This document shows positions 10,151-19,558 of a stretch of DNA of 64,000 bases, in pieces. Every line of letters starts with the position of its first letter. Position 1 is the first letter of the stretch. The notes beneath the pieces were generated by a model that worked only from the letters and a program-made list of their open reading frames with translations, ran no database searches and was not told the DNA's origin. Origin of the DNA: an uncultured bacterium (GTDB lineage: Bacteria; Verrucomicrobiota; Kiritimatiellia; CAIVKH01). Both the position numbers and the translations under genes were made by a program. The stretch lies in the NCBI GenBank assembly GCA_937958885.1, contig CALGMT010000026.1, positions 32,468-96,467 on the forward strand. The letters run 5' to 3'.

Positions 10151-11108
10151 CGCCACGCCCGCGCTGCTGAAGGTCGAGAACCTTTCGATCCATTTCGGGA
10201 CGGAAGCGCGCCCGGTCCGCGCGGTGGACGATGTTTCGTTTGAGGTGCGAGAGGGTGAAACGGTCGCGCTGGTCGGCGAGAGCGGGTGCGGCAAGAGCGC
10301 AACCGCGCTCGCGTTGGCACGCCTGTTGCCGGAGCCCGCCGCGCGCTACGTCGGCGGCTCGATCCGGCTGCTCGGCACGGACGTGCTGCGCGCGGATGAA
10401 GCGGAACTTTGCCGCCTGCGGGGCGGGCGAATCGCTTATGTGTTCCAAGAACCCGCGGTCGCTCTGAATCCGGTGTACACGATCGGATTTCAAATTCGCG
10501 AAGCCCTTGCCGCGCATCGATCCGGGATCGACCGCGCCGCCGAATGCGCCCGATTGCTGAGCGAAGTCGGATTGGATGCCCCCCGCGTCGCGGGAGCGTA
10601 TCCGCACGAATTGAGCGGCGGCATGCAGCAGCGCGCGGTCATCGCCATGGCGCTGGCCGGGAACCCGCGCCTGCTCGTGGCCGACGAACCGACCACCGCG
10701 CTCGACGTGACCGTTCAGGCGCAGGTGTTGGATGTGCTTGTCCGTGTGCAGCGCGCTGAGCGCGCGAGCATGCTGTTCATCACGCATAACCTGGGGTTGG
10801 TCGAGCGCATCGCCCAGCGCGTGTTGGTGATGTATGCCGGCCGCATTGTAGAGACCGGGCCGGTCGAGGACGTGCTGCGGCGACCGCGCCATCCCTACAC
10901 CCGCGCGTTGATCCGAGCGGTGCCGCGCCTGCGCGGAGGCGCCGCGCGGCTCGAGGGGATCCCTGGCGTGGTGCCGTCTGCAGCGGAATATCCGTCCGGA
11001 TGTCGATTCCATCCTCGGTGTGCGCATAAGCGAGCGCGCTGCGAAACGGATGAACCGGAAGACGACGATGGCGTGCGTTGTCACTTTTGGCGGGAGCTAC
11101 CGGCATGA
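10113..11108 (+). CDS. ABC transporter ATP-binding protein (OppD/DppD-like) with C-terminal oligopeptide-transporter extension
   Basis: Walker A GESGCGKS, LSGGMQQR signature, Walker B LLVADEPTTALD; alternative start at 10132. Confidence 0.85.
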   Translation: MEWRNTMPSGAPDATPALLKVENLSIHFGTEARPVRAVDDVSFEVREGETVALVGESGCGKSATALALARLLPEPAARYVGGSIRLLGTDVLRADEAELCRLRGGRIAYVFQEPAVALNPVYTIGFQIREALAAHRSGIDRAAECARLLSEVGLDAPRVAGAYPHELSGGMQQRAVIAMALAGNPRLLVADEPTTALDVTVQAQVLDVLVRVQRAERASMLFITHNLGLVERIAQRVLVMYAGRIVETGPVEDVLRRPRHPYTRALIRAVPRLRGGAARLEGIPGVVPSAAEYPSGCRFHPRCAHKRARCETDEPEDDDGVRCHFWRELPA

Positions 11109-11887
11109 ACAATGATCCCGCGCAAATTTCGGTTGATGCGCTGTCCGTCCTTTACCGCCGCGGGGGCCACACGGTTCGCGCGCTGGACAACGTTTCGTTG
11201 GCGATACACGGCGGCGAGGCCGTCGGCATTGTGGGAGAAAGCGGGAGCGGGAAAACGACGATGGCCCGCGTGCTGACGGGCTTGGTATCGCCCACGACGG
11301 GCTCGGCGCGCATCGAGGGCCGTACGATTGCCGACTGGCTTCGGTCGGATCCTATGCGTTTTCGACGGCGGGTGCAGATGATTTTTCAAGATCCATACGG
11401 TTCATTAAATCCGCGATTGACCGTGCGCCAAACCTTGGCGGAGGCGCTGCAGGTCCACCGCATCGTTCCGCGCGGCGCGGAGGGCGAGCGGATCGTCGAA
11501 CTGATGCGCGCGGTTGGGCTGGACCCATCGTATGCGGATCGCTATCCGCATGAATTCAGCGGCGGCCAGCGGCAACGGATCGGGATCGCGCGCGCGCTGG
11601 CGGTGGATCCGGCGATCTTGATTGCAGATGAACCGGTATCCGCGCTGGACGTATCGGTGCAGGCGCAGGTGTTGAATGTGTTGCGCGACCTGCACGCCGC
11701 GCGCGGCTTGACGCTGGTGCTGATCGCCCACGATCTTGCGGCTGTTCGGTACGTGTGCCGGCGAATTATCGTAATGCATCGCGGCCGGATCGTGGAAGAG
11801 GGAACGTCCGATGCGATCTGCGAAAATCCACGCGATGATTACACGCGTCAGTTACTCGCCGCTGTCCCCTCGCTCGGCGTGCAATAG
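11105..11887 (+). CDS. ABC transporter ATP-binding protein (OppF/DppF-like)
   Basis: Walker A GESGSGKT, FSGGQRQR signature, LIADEPVSALD; ATGA overlap with the previous gene. Confidence 0.85.
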   Translation: MNNDPAQISVDALSVLYRRGGHTVRALDNVSLAIHGGEAVGIVGESGSGKTTMARVLTGLVSPTTGSARIEGRTIADWLRSDPMRFRRRVQMIFQDPYGSLNPRLTVRQTLAEALQVHRIVPRGAEGERIVELMRAVGLDPSYADRYPHEFSGGQRQRIGIARALAVDPAILIADEPVSALDVSVQAQVLNVLRDLHAARGLTLVLIAHDLAAVRYVCRRIIVMHRGRIVEEGTSDAICENPRDDYTRQLLAAVPSLGVQ

Positions 11888-11928
11888 CGCGTGCCTGTCG
11901 TCCATTCGAGCGGCTGCGCCTAGTTGCG

Positions 11929-12855
11929 CTAGGGCATTGGATGCTTCAGGAAAAAATCCCACATCATGTCGTTCGCGGAAATGTCTCGCGTGCTGATACC
12001 CAGCTTTTTCGGATGTTCATTCTGGCCCGGCCAGGTATGTCCGCCGCCTTCGATCAGAATGAGGATCACCTCGGATCCTTGTCGCCCGCCGGCGTAGACC
12101 TTGCGGATCACCCGCGTTCCATCGGCCGCTTTGTCCGGCAGCGCTTCCACAATCGGCTCTTCTTTGCAACCGTTGGCGTTCACCCACGCGCGAATCGAGT
12201 ATTCGACGGAGATGAAGTCAGTTCCCGAGACCCCTTTCCCGACGCCACCGCCCAAGGGAAGATTCTCATCGGCGGTGCCGTGAAAATGAATAATGGGCAC
12301 AGGTCTTTTTGCATGAATCTTGGTCAACCCCATCGTCCCGGCCACCGGAGCGATGGCTGCGATCCGGTCAGCGAGTTCTGACGCGAGACGGTACGTCATC
12401 ATGCCTCCGTTGGACATGCCTGTTGCATAAATGCGCTTGGGGTCGATGTTCAATAGCGTCTCAAGTTCATTCAAGATGCGGCGCGTGAATGCAACGTCGT
12501 CGATCTTCTTATGCATCGCATAGCCGCAACAATTTCCGGCATTGAAGGTCAGTAGAGACGGCAAACGCCCCGCGCCGGACGGATAGACGACGATAAACCC
12601 GGCTTGATCCGATTTCTCATTGAGTCCGCTGAATGAGACCATCCGCTTCGCATTGCCGCCGCCTCCGTGAAACGCGAGAAGCACAGGGGTTGGCTTTGCC
12701 GGATCATAGGATGGCGGAATGTGGAGGAGATAGCTTCGTCGCATGCCATCGCTGACGATGGCACGAGTATGATCGCCCGGCCCCAGCACGGGCTCGCTAT
12801 GCGCGAAAGGATGCCAGCAGACCAGAATGCCCAGCGCGATTAACAATCGTATCAC
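11929..12855 (-). CDS. Secreted esterase of the poly(3-hydroxybutyrate) depolymerase / LpqC-like family
   Basis: Signal peptide; HGGGG oxyanion-type motif; GMSNGG nucleophile elbow (GxSxG). Confidence 0.6.
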   Translation of the reverse strand: MIRLLIALGILVCWHPFAHSEPVLGPGDHTRAIVSDGMRRSYLLHIPPSYDPAKPTPVLLAFHGGGGNAKRMVSFSGLNEKSDQAGFIVVYPSGAGRLPSLLTFNAGNCCGYAMHKKIDDVAFTRRILNELETLLNIDPKRIYATGMSNGGMMTYRLASELADRIAAIAPVAGTMGLTKIHAKRPVPIIHFHGTADENLPLGGGVGKGVSGTDFISVEYSIRAWVNANGCKEEPIVEALPDKAADGTRVIRKVYAGGRQGSEVILILIEGGGHTWPGQNEHPKKLGISTRDISANDMMWDFFLKHPMP

Positions 12856-13036
12856 GATCGACCCTCATATGTTCACGTCGATATCGAATGGGCCGCTCAA
12901 TCCATGTCGTGTTGCATGGCTTCACTTCATCAAACAACGCGGCGGGAGCCCAATTATTATTAGCCCGCATGCAAATTTTTGACGAAGCTGACGTGCGACC
13001 AGTCGGAACTGGATTTGAGGGCTGCGCAACGCGGTT

Positions 13037-13777
13037 TTACGTACCGGCGCGTGTGAAGGCGGCGATGCAGGGGGTGCCGAAGCGGCGGGTCAGACCGAGC
13101 CGGTCGGGGATCCACTCGAGGGCTTCGGATAGCGCGACGCGCTTGAGGGCGCGGTGCAGTACCATGGGGCAGATAAATTGTCCCGTCCGCCCGGCGGGCG
13201 CGAAGCCGGCCGCCGCGAATGCGCCCGCGACCTCTGCGTGTGTGAAATTGCGCCACGTGCGGGTGTTTTTTTCCAGCTTGCGCTTGGCGGAGAAGAGCCA
13301 CGGCGCTAGCGCGTTGAGCCCGCTTTTCACCGGATAATCCACAACGACCACCGTTCGCGCGACGCGGGCGCATTCTCGAATCAACTGCGGCCAGCGCGTG
13401 CAGTGCGGCAGCAGGCGCACCGTGACCACCGCATCGAACGATCGGTCGGGGAAGGGCAGGGCGACCACGCTGCCGACGATGAACCGGCAGCGGCCGGCGG
13501 CAACGAGGTCGGCGATACGCTCGGCGCAGACCGATTCGCTGCCCAGGACGGTGACCTCATAGCCCGCCGCCGCGAGCGGACGCGCGAGCTGTCCGTGGCC
13601 GCCGCCGACGTCCAGCACCGTTCGCGCGCCCGCGGCGCGCAAGCGCTCGAGCACGAGGCGTTCCTGACGCGCGAGCATCCACGCGCCGATGGGGCCTGCG
13701 AAGCGCGCGGCATAGGAGGCGGATGCGGTCTCAACATCGGCCAGTTCCGGCCCGTGTGATTCGCGGTCGTCATTCAT
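13037..13777 (-). CDS. Class I SAM-dependent methyltransferase
   Basis: ORF 13037..13900; the true start is probably the ATG at 13777 (MNDDRE...), because the upstream part of the ORF reads through the dispersed 23-bp repeats. VLDVGGGHG SAM-binding motif. Confidence 0.75.
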   Translation of the reverse strand: MNDDRESHGPELADVETASASYAARFAGPIGAWMLARQERLVLERLRAAGARTVLDVGGGHGQLARPLAAAGYEVTVLGSESVCAERIADLVAAGRCRFIVGSVVALPFPDRSFDAVVTVRLLPHCTRWPQLIRECARVARTVVVVDYPVKSGLNALAPWLFSAKRKLEKNTRTWRNFTHAEVAGAFAAAGFAPAGRTGQFICPMVLHRALKRVALSEALEWIPDRLGLTRRFGTPCIAAFTRAGT

Positions 13778-13798
13778 CCCCGCGCACGATGTCAAAAG

Positions 13799-13847
13799 TT
13801 CCATGCTCTGTAAAAACTTTGTTGGAAAGTTCCATGCTCTGTAAAAA
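13799..13847 (+). repeat. Two tandem exact copies (31-bp period) of TTCCATGCTCTGTAAAAA
   Basis: Copies at 13799-13816 and 13830-13847. Located in the divergent intergenic region between the methyltransferase and the GDPD gene. Confidence 0.85.
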
Positions 13848-13930
13848 ATTGTTCGCGGCCGGCCCTGATGTAGCGACGAGCGGGATCGGAGGGGACCCAT
13901 GCGCAGACCGCGTCGTTGATTGACGAAGAC

Positions 13931-14260
13931 AGCCTTGTAATTCCGCCGCTCTGCCGGCGGAAGTGCAGGGCCGATGACCTCCGGCGACCGCGCGCCGGAG
14001 CTACAGCAGTGCCGCAGCGTCGGCTGAAATTGCTAAAAAAGTGTCAGACCGCGTCATTTATAGACCTGCGACGGCTCTGTTCGTATGTCTCTCCGTATCT
14101 GTTCATGCTCTCATCTCATCTCGCATCAAGTCCAAGTGCACATACGTAGGGACTAACGCCACTGCCCCGACCCAGTTGGCATCCCGACGTTAACATTCAT
14201 CGTTTGACCCCTTTTGGTCTACGACGTTAACATTCATCGTTTGACCCCTTTTGGTCTACA
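13931..14260 (+). repeat. Copy A of a ~330-bp conserved non-coding element (candidate structured RNA / cis-regulatory leader); its 37-bp tail is tandemly duplicated
   Basis: About 85% identical over ~320 bp to the reverse complement of 28113-28440. The tail ACGACGTTAACATTCATCGTTTGACCCCTTTTGGTCT occurs twice (about 14186-14222 and 14223-14259). Oriented toward the GDPD start at 14309. Coordinates are approximate (+/-10 bp). Confidence 0.7.
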
Positions 14261-14308
14261 AGGGGGGGGTGGACGGGCGGGCTCGAGTTGAGTAGGCTAC
14301 TCCATTCA

Positions 14309-15061
14309 ATGAAAATTATTGCGCATCGCGGGGCCTCGCAGGAGGCGCCGGAGAATACGCTGTCGTCGGTTCACCTGGCGTGGCAGGAAAAGGCCGACGG
14401 GGTCGAGGTCGATGTGCGAATGACGGCCGATGGAAAGGTCGTCCTGCTGCACGATTCGAATACGATGCGCACGACCCGGCACTCGATGGAGGTGGCCGAT
14501 CAGACATGGGATGCGATCCGTCTACTAGACGCGGGGAGCTGGAAAAGCCCGCGCTTTCGGCTCTCGACGATTCCGCTGCTGCGGGATATTTTGAAAATGC
14601 TGCCGCCGGGCCGGCAGATGTGGATTGAAATCAAGTGCGGCGCGGAGATCATACCGGCGTTGCAGCGCGACTTGGATGTGCAGCGGCTGCCGCCGCAATC
14701 GATCGGTTTCCTCGGATTTAGTGCGCATGTGATGGGGCAGGTGAAGCGCGCGTTTCCCAAACATCCGGTGTTTCTCAATGTCGAGGCGCAGGGCCGGATC
14801 GGCGCGCCGCAGCCGTGGACAGCAGAAGTGATGGTTGACGCGGTTCGAAAAAACATGCTCGACGGATTGAGCGTCGGCCTGTCGGATGCCGTGGATGAGG
14901 CGTTCATTGCGCGGATTCGGCACGAGGGACTTGGATTGATGGGCTGGGTGTCGGACGACGAACACGTCGCGTTGCGCCTCGCGCGCGCGGGGCTTCCCGC
15001 GCTGATGACAAACCGGCCGGCGTATATCCGGCATCGGTTGCGCGCGCACGGGGCGCTATGA
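14309..15061 (+). CDS. Glycerophosphodiester phosphodiesterase (GDPD family)
   Basis: IAHRGAS..ENT and E.D...T.DG..V..HD motifs of GDPD. Confidence 0.8.
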   Translation: MKIIAHRGASQEAPENTLSSVHLAWQEKADGVEVDVRMTADGKVVLLHDSNTMRTTRHSMEVADQTWDAIRLLDAGSWKSPRFRLSTIPLLRDILKMLPPGRQMWIEIKCGAEIIPALQRDLDVQRLPPQSIGFLGFSAHVMGQVKRAFPKHPVFLNVEAQGRIGAPQPWTAEVMVDAVRKNMLDGLSVGLSDAVDEAFIARIRHEGLGLMGWVSDDEHVALRLARAGLPALMTNRPAYIRHRLRAHGAL

Positions 15062-15819
15062 GGGCCGCGGCGCGCGCCGCCGCGCTGGAGGCGAGTTATG
15101 CGCGCTGGCATCGCGCCGAAGAGATCGAGCGCGATCCGATCCTGTGGGCGCGCCGCTACGCGGACCCGCTCGACCGCGAGGTGGCCGGTTTGATCGCCGC
15201 GCTGACGGCTTTCGGCCGCATACAGCAGATCTTGGACAATGTCGCGCGCGCGGTCGCGCCGATGGGCGAGCATCCGGCGCAGTGGCTTCGGCATATCGGG
15301 GATCGCGGGCTGCGCGCGCATTGCATGGGGTGGCGTCATCGATGGGCGACGGCGGAGGAGCTGGCGGAGTTGATGGCGGCCGCGCGCGGGGTCGCGCGCG
15401 AATGGGGTTCGCTGGGGGCCGCGTGGAGCGCCGTGCGCCGGCCGGAGGACCGCGATGCGCACGATACGCTGCGGCGTTGGATCGCGCTGTTCGACGCGCA
15501 CGGTCTTTCGCGCGACAACTCGCTGGCGCCGCGGCCGGAGCGCGGGTCGGCGTGCAAGCGCTGGCATCTGTATTTGCGGTGGATGATCCGCTGCGATGAC
15601 GTGGACCCGGGCGGGTGGGCCGATGCGCCGGCGAGGTTGCTCTATCCGCTGGACACGCACATTCACCGGTTCGCGCGCGCGCACGGTTTCACGCGGCGGC
15701 GCGCGGCAGACCTGCGCACGGCGCGCGAGATCACCGCGCGGTTTCGCCAGATCGATCCGGCGGACCCGGTGCGGTTCGATTTCTCGCTGATTCGGCACGG
15801 GATCGCGCGCGGGTCGTAA
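15058..15819 (+). CDS. Conserved hypothetical protein (resembles TIGR02757/DUF2400 family)
   Basis: 253-aa ORF overlapping GDPD by 4 bp (ATGA). The family assignment is from memory and weakly supported. Confidence 0.4.
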   Translation: MRAAARAAALEASYARWHRAEEIERDPILWARRYADPLDREVAGLIAALTAFGRIQQILDNVARAVAPMGEHPAQWLRHIGDRGLRAHCMGWRHRWATAEELAELMAAARGVAREWGSLGAAWSAVRRPEDRDAHDTLRRWIALFDAHGLSRDNSLAPRPERGSACKRWHLYLRWMIRCDDVDPGGWADAPARLLYPLDTHIHRFARAHGFTRRRAADLRTAREITARFRQIDPADPVRFDFSLIRHGIARGS

Positions 15820-15881
15820 AATCTATTGGCTCGCCGCGCGCGGGTCTGATACCGTGCAGTTCTCTTTTGGGAGGCGTCTAC

Positions 15882-18059
15882 ATGCTTCAGCACGGCCTTG
15901 TCCGCGGTCTCTGTTTGTTCTTGTTCGCTGCTTGTTGCGTCAACGCACAGGCGCCCGCGCGGGCGTCCAAAGAAATCGACATTACGGCGGACAGCCTTGA
16001 ATACCTCGCCGACCAGCGGCTGGTCGTCGGCGCGGGGAACGTGGTGGTGCGCGAGGGCGAGGATCTGCTGCAGGCGGACTACATTTCGGTGCATCGCGAC
16101 ACGCGCGATGTCTATGCGCGCGGCAGCGTGGTGCTGCGTCGGGGCGGCACGCTGTGGCAGGGCGAGGAATTGCGCTATAACCTGCTGACGAGGCAGGGCG
16201 ATTTCGGATCGTTCCAAGCGTATTATGATCCGTACTACATCCGAGCGGAAGGTTCGAAGCGGGTCGGCACGAATGTGATTGTGTTGAGTCGGATGACGCT
16301 GTCCACCTGCGAGGGCGATCCGCCGGATTTTTCGGTGCGCGCGCGAGAGGCGACGCTGATCGAGGGGCAGCGCGTGATCGGCAAGGGGGTTACGGTCAAT
16401 TTCGGCAATGTGCCGGTTTTGTGGTTCCCGCGGTTGTCGCGAGGGTTGACGGACCGCCGGACGTATTGGGTGTTCGAGCCGGGATTCAATTCCCGGATGG
16501 GGGCGTTCCTGCGGTCGTCTTATAACATTCGGTGGGTGCCCGGGTTCCGCAGCTCGACGGACGTCGATTTGTTTTCCAAGAAAGGCGTCGGACTCGGGCA
16601 GGGATTCCACTGGGATTCCACGACCAATAGCGAGCAACGATACTCGGGATTCATCAAGGGGTACTACATCGACGATCAGGAGCCGTTCCGCAACGAGGCC
16701 GAGCGTGAGCGGGAGCAGGACTTGGTCAGCAATGAGCGCTACCGCATCAAACTCGCGCACAACCAAACCTTCTCGCCGCGCGATTTCCTGATTTCGGAGT
16801 TCAACTACGTCAGCGACCCCGAGTTCCTGAAGGACTTTTTCCGCGCGGAGCATATCGGCGGGGTGCAGCCGGAAAACCGCGCGACGCTGACGCACATGGG
16901 CGACAACTTCGTCGCGGCGCTGCAGCTCAACGTCCGGCTGAACGATTTTTACGAAAACGTCAATCGAATGCCCGAGCTGACCTTGAAGGCGAATCGGCAG
17001 GAGCTCGGCGACAGCGGGCTGTACTACGAAAGCGACAACAGCGCCGCCTATCTCGAGCGCGTGTTCCCGGACGGTTCCACCCGCGAGGACTATGACGCGT
17101 TCCGAATCGACTCGCGCCACACGGTATTCTACCCGACCCGCCATTTTGGCTTTCTGAACGTCACGCCGCGCGCCGGTTATCGCGGCACGTATTATTCGGA
17201 TACCTTCAAACAGGAGACGGTCACGAACCAGGTGGTCAACACCGACACGAACGGGGTGGTGACGGTCGAAGACGAGGTCGTCACCGTGAAGCGCGATACG
17301 GGCGCCGATCTGCGCAATGTCTATGAGCTCGGGGCGGAGGTTTCGTTCAAAGCGTTCCGCACGTGGGACGATCTCGTCGTGCTGGAGGACGGCGACGGTC
17401 TGCGCCATGTGGCGGAGCCGTTTGTGCGCCACACGTATGTTCCGGAACCGAACCTGCTGCCGGAAAATCTCCCCCAGTTCGACCGCGTAGACCAAGTGAC
17501 AGATCAACATACGCTGCGGCTCGGCATGCGCAATAAATTCCAGACACGCCGCGATGGGACGCCGGTTGATCTGGTCAATGCACTTGTCTTCACGGATTTC
17601 CGCATTGAGAAGCGGGAGGATCAGAACGATTTCACCGACATTTTCTTCGATGTCGATCTCCGCTTGAGTCGCCGCTTGCCGATCGATTTCGACGGCGCCT
17701 ACGACCCGTATGAGAGCGAGTTGTCCCGGTTCAGTCTCCAGGCGGCGTTCTTCGCCGACGACATGAGCGTACTGAGCGTGGACTACAACTACGCGCGCGA
17801 GCAGTACCAGCAGGTCGGCGCGCAGCTCAAGTTGTTTCCGAACAACAAGTGGTCGTTCCTGACCTATGCGCGTTGGGACATTGACGGCGACGGTCTGCAG
17901 GAACATTCCTATTTCATTCAGCGGCGCACGCCTTGCCTCGGCTACGGCATCGGGTTCCGTCAGATTCGCAAGGATCAGGGCGAGGACGACGACAATACGA
18001 TCTGGGTGCAGCTCTGGCTGTCGGCCTTCCCCGAATCCGTCATGCAGCTCGGCGGATGA
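15882..18059 (+). CDS. lptD: LPS-assembly protein LptD (OstA/Imp family outer-membrane protein)
   Basis: ATG at 15882 (MLQHGLVRGLCLFLFAACCVNAQA signal); N-terminal OstA-like domain; large beta-rich C-terminal region. Confidence 0.7.
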   Translation: MLQHGLVRGLCLFLFAACCVNAQAPARASKEIDITADSLEYLADQRLVVGAGNVVVREGEDLLQADYISVHRDTRDVYARGSVVLRRGGTLWQGEELRYNLLTRQGDFGSFQAYYDPYYIRAEGSKRVGTNVIVLSRMTLSTCEGDPPDFSVRAREATLIEGQRVIGKGVTVNFGNVPVLWFPRLSRGLTDRRTYWVFEPGFNSRMGAFLRSSYNIRWVPGFRSSTDVDLFSKKGVGLGQGFHWDSTTNSEQRYSGFIKGYYIDDQEPFRNEAEREREQDLVSNERYRIKLAHNQTFSPRDFLISEFNYVSDPEFLKDFFRAEHIGGVQPENRATLTHMGDNFVAALQLNVRLNDFYENVNRMPELTLKANRQELGDSGLYYESDNSAAYLERVFPDGSTREDYDAFRIDSRHTVFYPTRHFGFLNVTPRAGYRGTYYSDTFKQETVTNQVVNTDTNGVVTVEDEVVTVKRDTGADLRNVYELGAEVSFKAFRTWDDLVVLEDGDGLRHVAEPFVRHTYVPEPNLLPENLPQFDRVDQVTDQHTLRLGMRNKFQTRRDGTPVDLVNALVFTDFRIEKREDQNDFTDIFFDVDLRLSRRLPIDFDGAYDPYESELSRFSLQAAFFADDMSVLSVDYNYAREQYQQVGAQLKLFPNNKWSFLTYARWDIDGDGLQEHSYFIQRRTPCLGYGIGFRQIRKDQGEDDDNTIWVQLWLSAFPESVMQLGG

Positions 18060-18862
18060 GCGACGCCGCCGCCACGTCGGACGCGCTGCTCGCCTGCGCC
18101 GTGGAAGCCGCCCGCCGCGCGGGCGCGCATGCCTGCTCGAATCTGCATCGCCGCGCCGAGCACGTGGCCCGAACGGCGCATGATGTGAAACTCGCGCTGG
18201 ACCACGAGTGCCAGCGCGAAATCGAGCGCACGATCAAACGTCATTTTCCGGATCATGCGATTTTGGGGGAAGAGGGGAATAGCGATGGGGACGCCGCCGG
18301 CTGGCTGTGGGTGGTGGACCCGCTCGACGGCACGGTGAATTTCTCGCACGGCATTCCGTATTGGTGCCACTCCATCGCCGTGCAGCACAATGGCGAGACG
18401 CGGGCGGCGGCGGTTTATGCGCCGATTTTTGACGAGTTGTTCACCGCGACCGCGGAGGGTCCCGCGCTGTGCAACGGCGAGACGATCCGCGTGTCGGAAA
18501 CGCCCTCGCTGCGCGAGGCATTGCTGCTGACGGGGCTGGAAAAGAATTTCGATCAGTATTCCGATTCGCTCGACGTTGCGCGGGCGGTGGCGTCGAGCGC
18601 GCAGAAGATGCGCCTGCTGGGCGCGGCCGCGCTCGATCTGTGCCAAGTCGCCTGCGGGCGGGCGGACGGCTTCTACGAGTCGGGCTTGAATGTGTGGGAC
18701 GTTGCGGCGGCCGACCTCATTTGCAGGCGCGCGGGCGCGACCACGCGCACGATTGCGCAGCTCGCTCCGCACAAGCGCCGCTACATCGCGACAAACGGAC
18801 GGATCGATGCGGAATTGCTGGCGCTGCTCGGCCGCTATCCATCGTGGATGTCCGGCAGTTGA
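18056..18862 (+). CDS. Inositol monophosphatase family protein (SuhB-like)
   Basis: GEEG and WVVDPLDGT motifs of the IMPase family; start overlaps the lptD stop. Confidence 0.8.
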   Translation: MSDAAATSDALLACAVEAARRAGAHACSNLHRRAEHVARTAHDVKLALDHECQREIERTIKRHFPDHAILGEEGNSDGDAAGWLWVVDPLDGTVNFSHGIPYWCHSIAVQHNGETRAAAVYAPIFDELFTATAEGPALCNGETIRVSETPSLREALLLTGLEKNFDQYSDSLDVARAVASSAQKMRLLGAAALDLCQVACGRADGFYESGLNVWDVAAADLICRRAGATTRTIAQLAPHKRRYIATNGRIDAELLALLGRYPSWMSGS

Positions 18863-18938
18863 TTTTATCCTCCTTCGCCTTAACGTATTGCCGGTTTTAG
18901 GCGTCGACGGGAATCGTGTCGCGGCGCCATGAGCCGAC

Positions 18939-19478
18939 ATGGAAGATCGCATGATGCGCGAACGACAGGTATTGAGGGGGATATATGCGCTTTCCGCGGT
19001 TCTGGTGGCGGCGGTCGCCGTTATCTATAACCTGCCCAAAGCGGAGCACGTGCCGGATTTTGTGCCGTGGCTGCCCCGCCTCAATGCAGGCATCAATACT
19101 GTTTGTACGATCTTCCTGATTTGCTCGTTCGCCGCGATCAAGCGGGGTCGGGTGGAGCTCCACAAGCGGTTGAACATCGCGACGTTCGCACTGTCGGCGC
19201 TCTTTCTGATGTCGTATGTGACGTTCCACACGTTCGGCGTCGAGACGCGCTTCCCGGCGGACAATCCCTGGCGTCCGATCTACCTGTTCATTCTCATCAC
19301 GCACATCGTGCTGGCGGCGGTGGTATTGCCGCTGGTGTTGGCGACCTTCTATCGCGGGCTCGCGGGCCCGGTGGCGGCGCACCGGCGCATCGCGCGCTGG
19401 ACGCTCCCAATCTGGCTGTATGTCACGGTGACGGGTGTGATCGTGTATCTGATGATCTCGCCACACTATTCGTTCTGA
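18939..19478 (+). CDS. DUF420 family membrane protein
   Basis: About 4 TM helices; resembles the YozB/DUF420 family. Confidence 0.55.
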   Translation: MEDRMMRERQVLRGIYALSAVLVAAVAVIYNLPKAEHVPDFVPWLPRLNAGINTVCTIFLICSFAAIKRGRVELHKRLNIATFALSALFLMSYVTFHTFGVETRFPADNPWRPIYLFILITHIVLAAVVLPLVLATFYRGLAGPVAAHRRIARWTLPIWLYVTVTGVIVYLMISPHYSF

Positions 19479-19558
19479 AACGCGTCGCGCTCGTTGACAG
19501 GGCGCGCGCTTGAACGGTAGGGTATGTCCTGTTTTCCGAATCCTCCGCCGGGTGTTTC

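Noticed and set aside
13916-14149. 77-aa Cys/Arg-rich ORF inside element A (and its counterpart inside the minus-strand ORF 28127..28666 in element B), as a possible small conserved protein
   Set aside because: Nucleotide differences between the two copies fall about equally on all codon positions (roughly 5/14/9 at positions 1/2/3). Amino-acid changes are radical. Cysteine positions are not conserved and copy B has no start codon. This is consistent with non-coding DNA.
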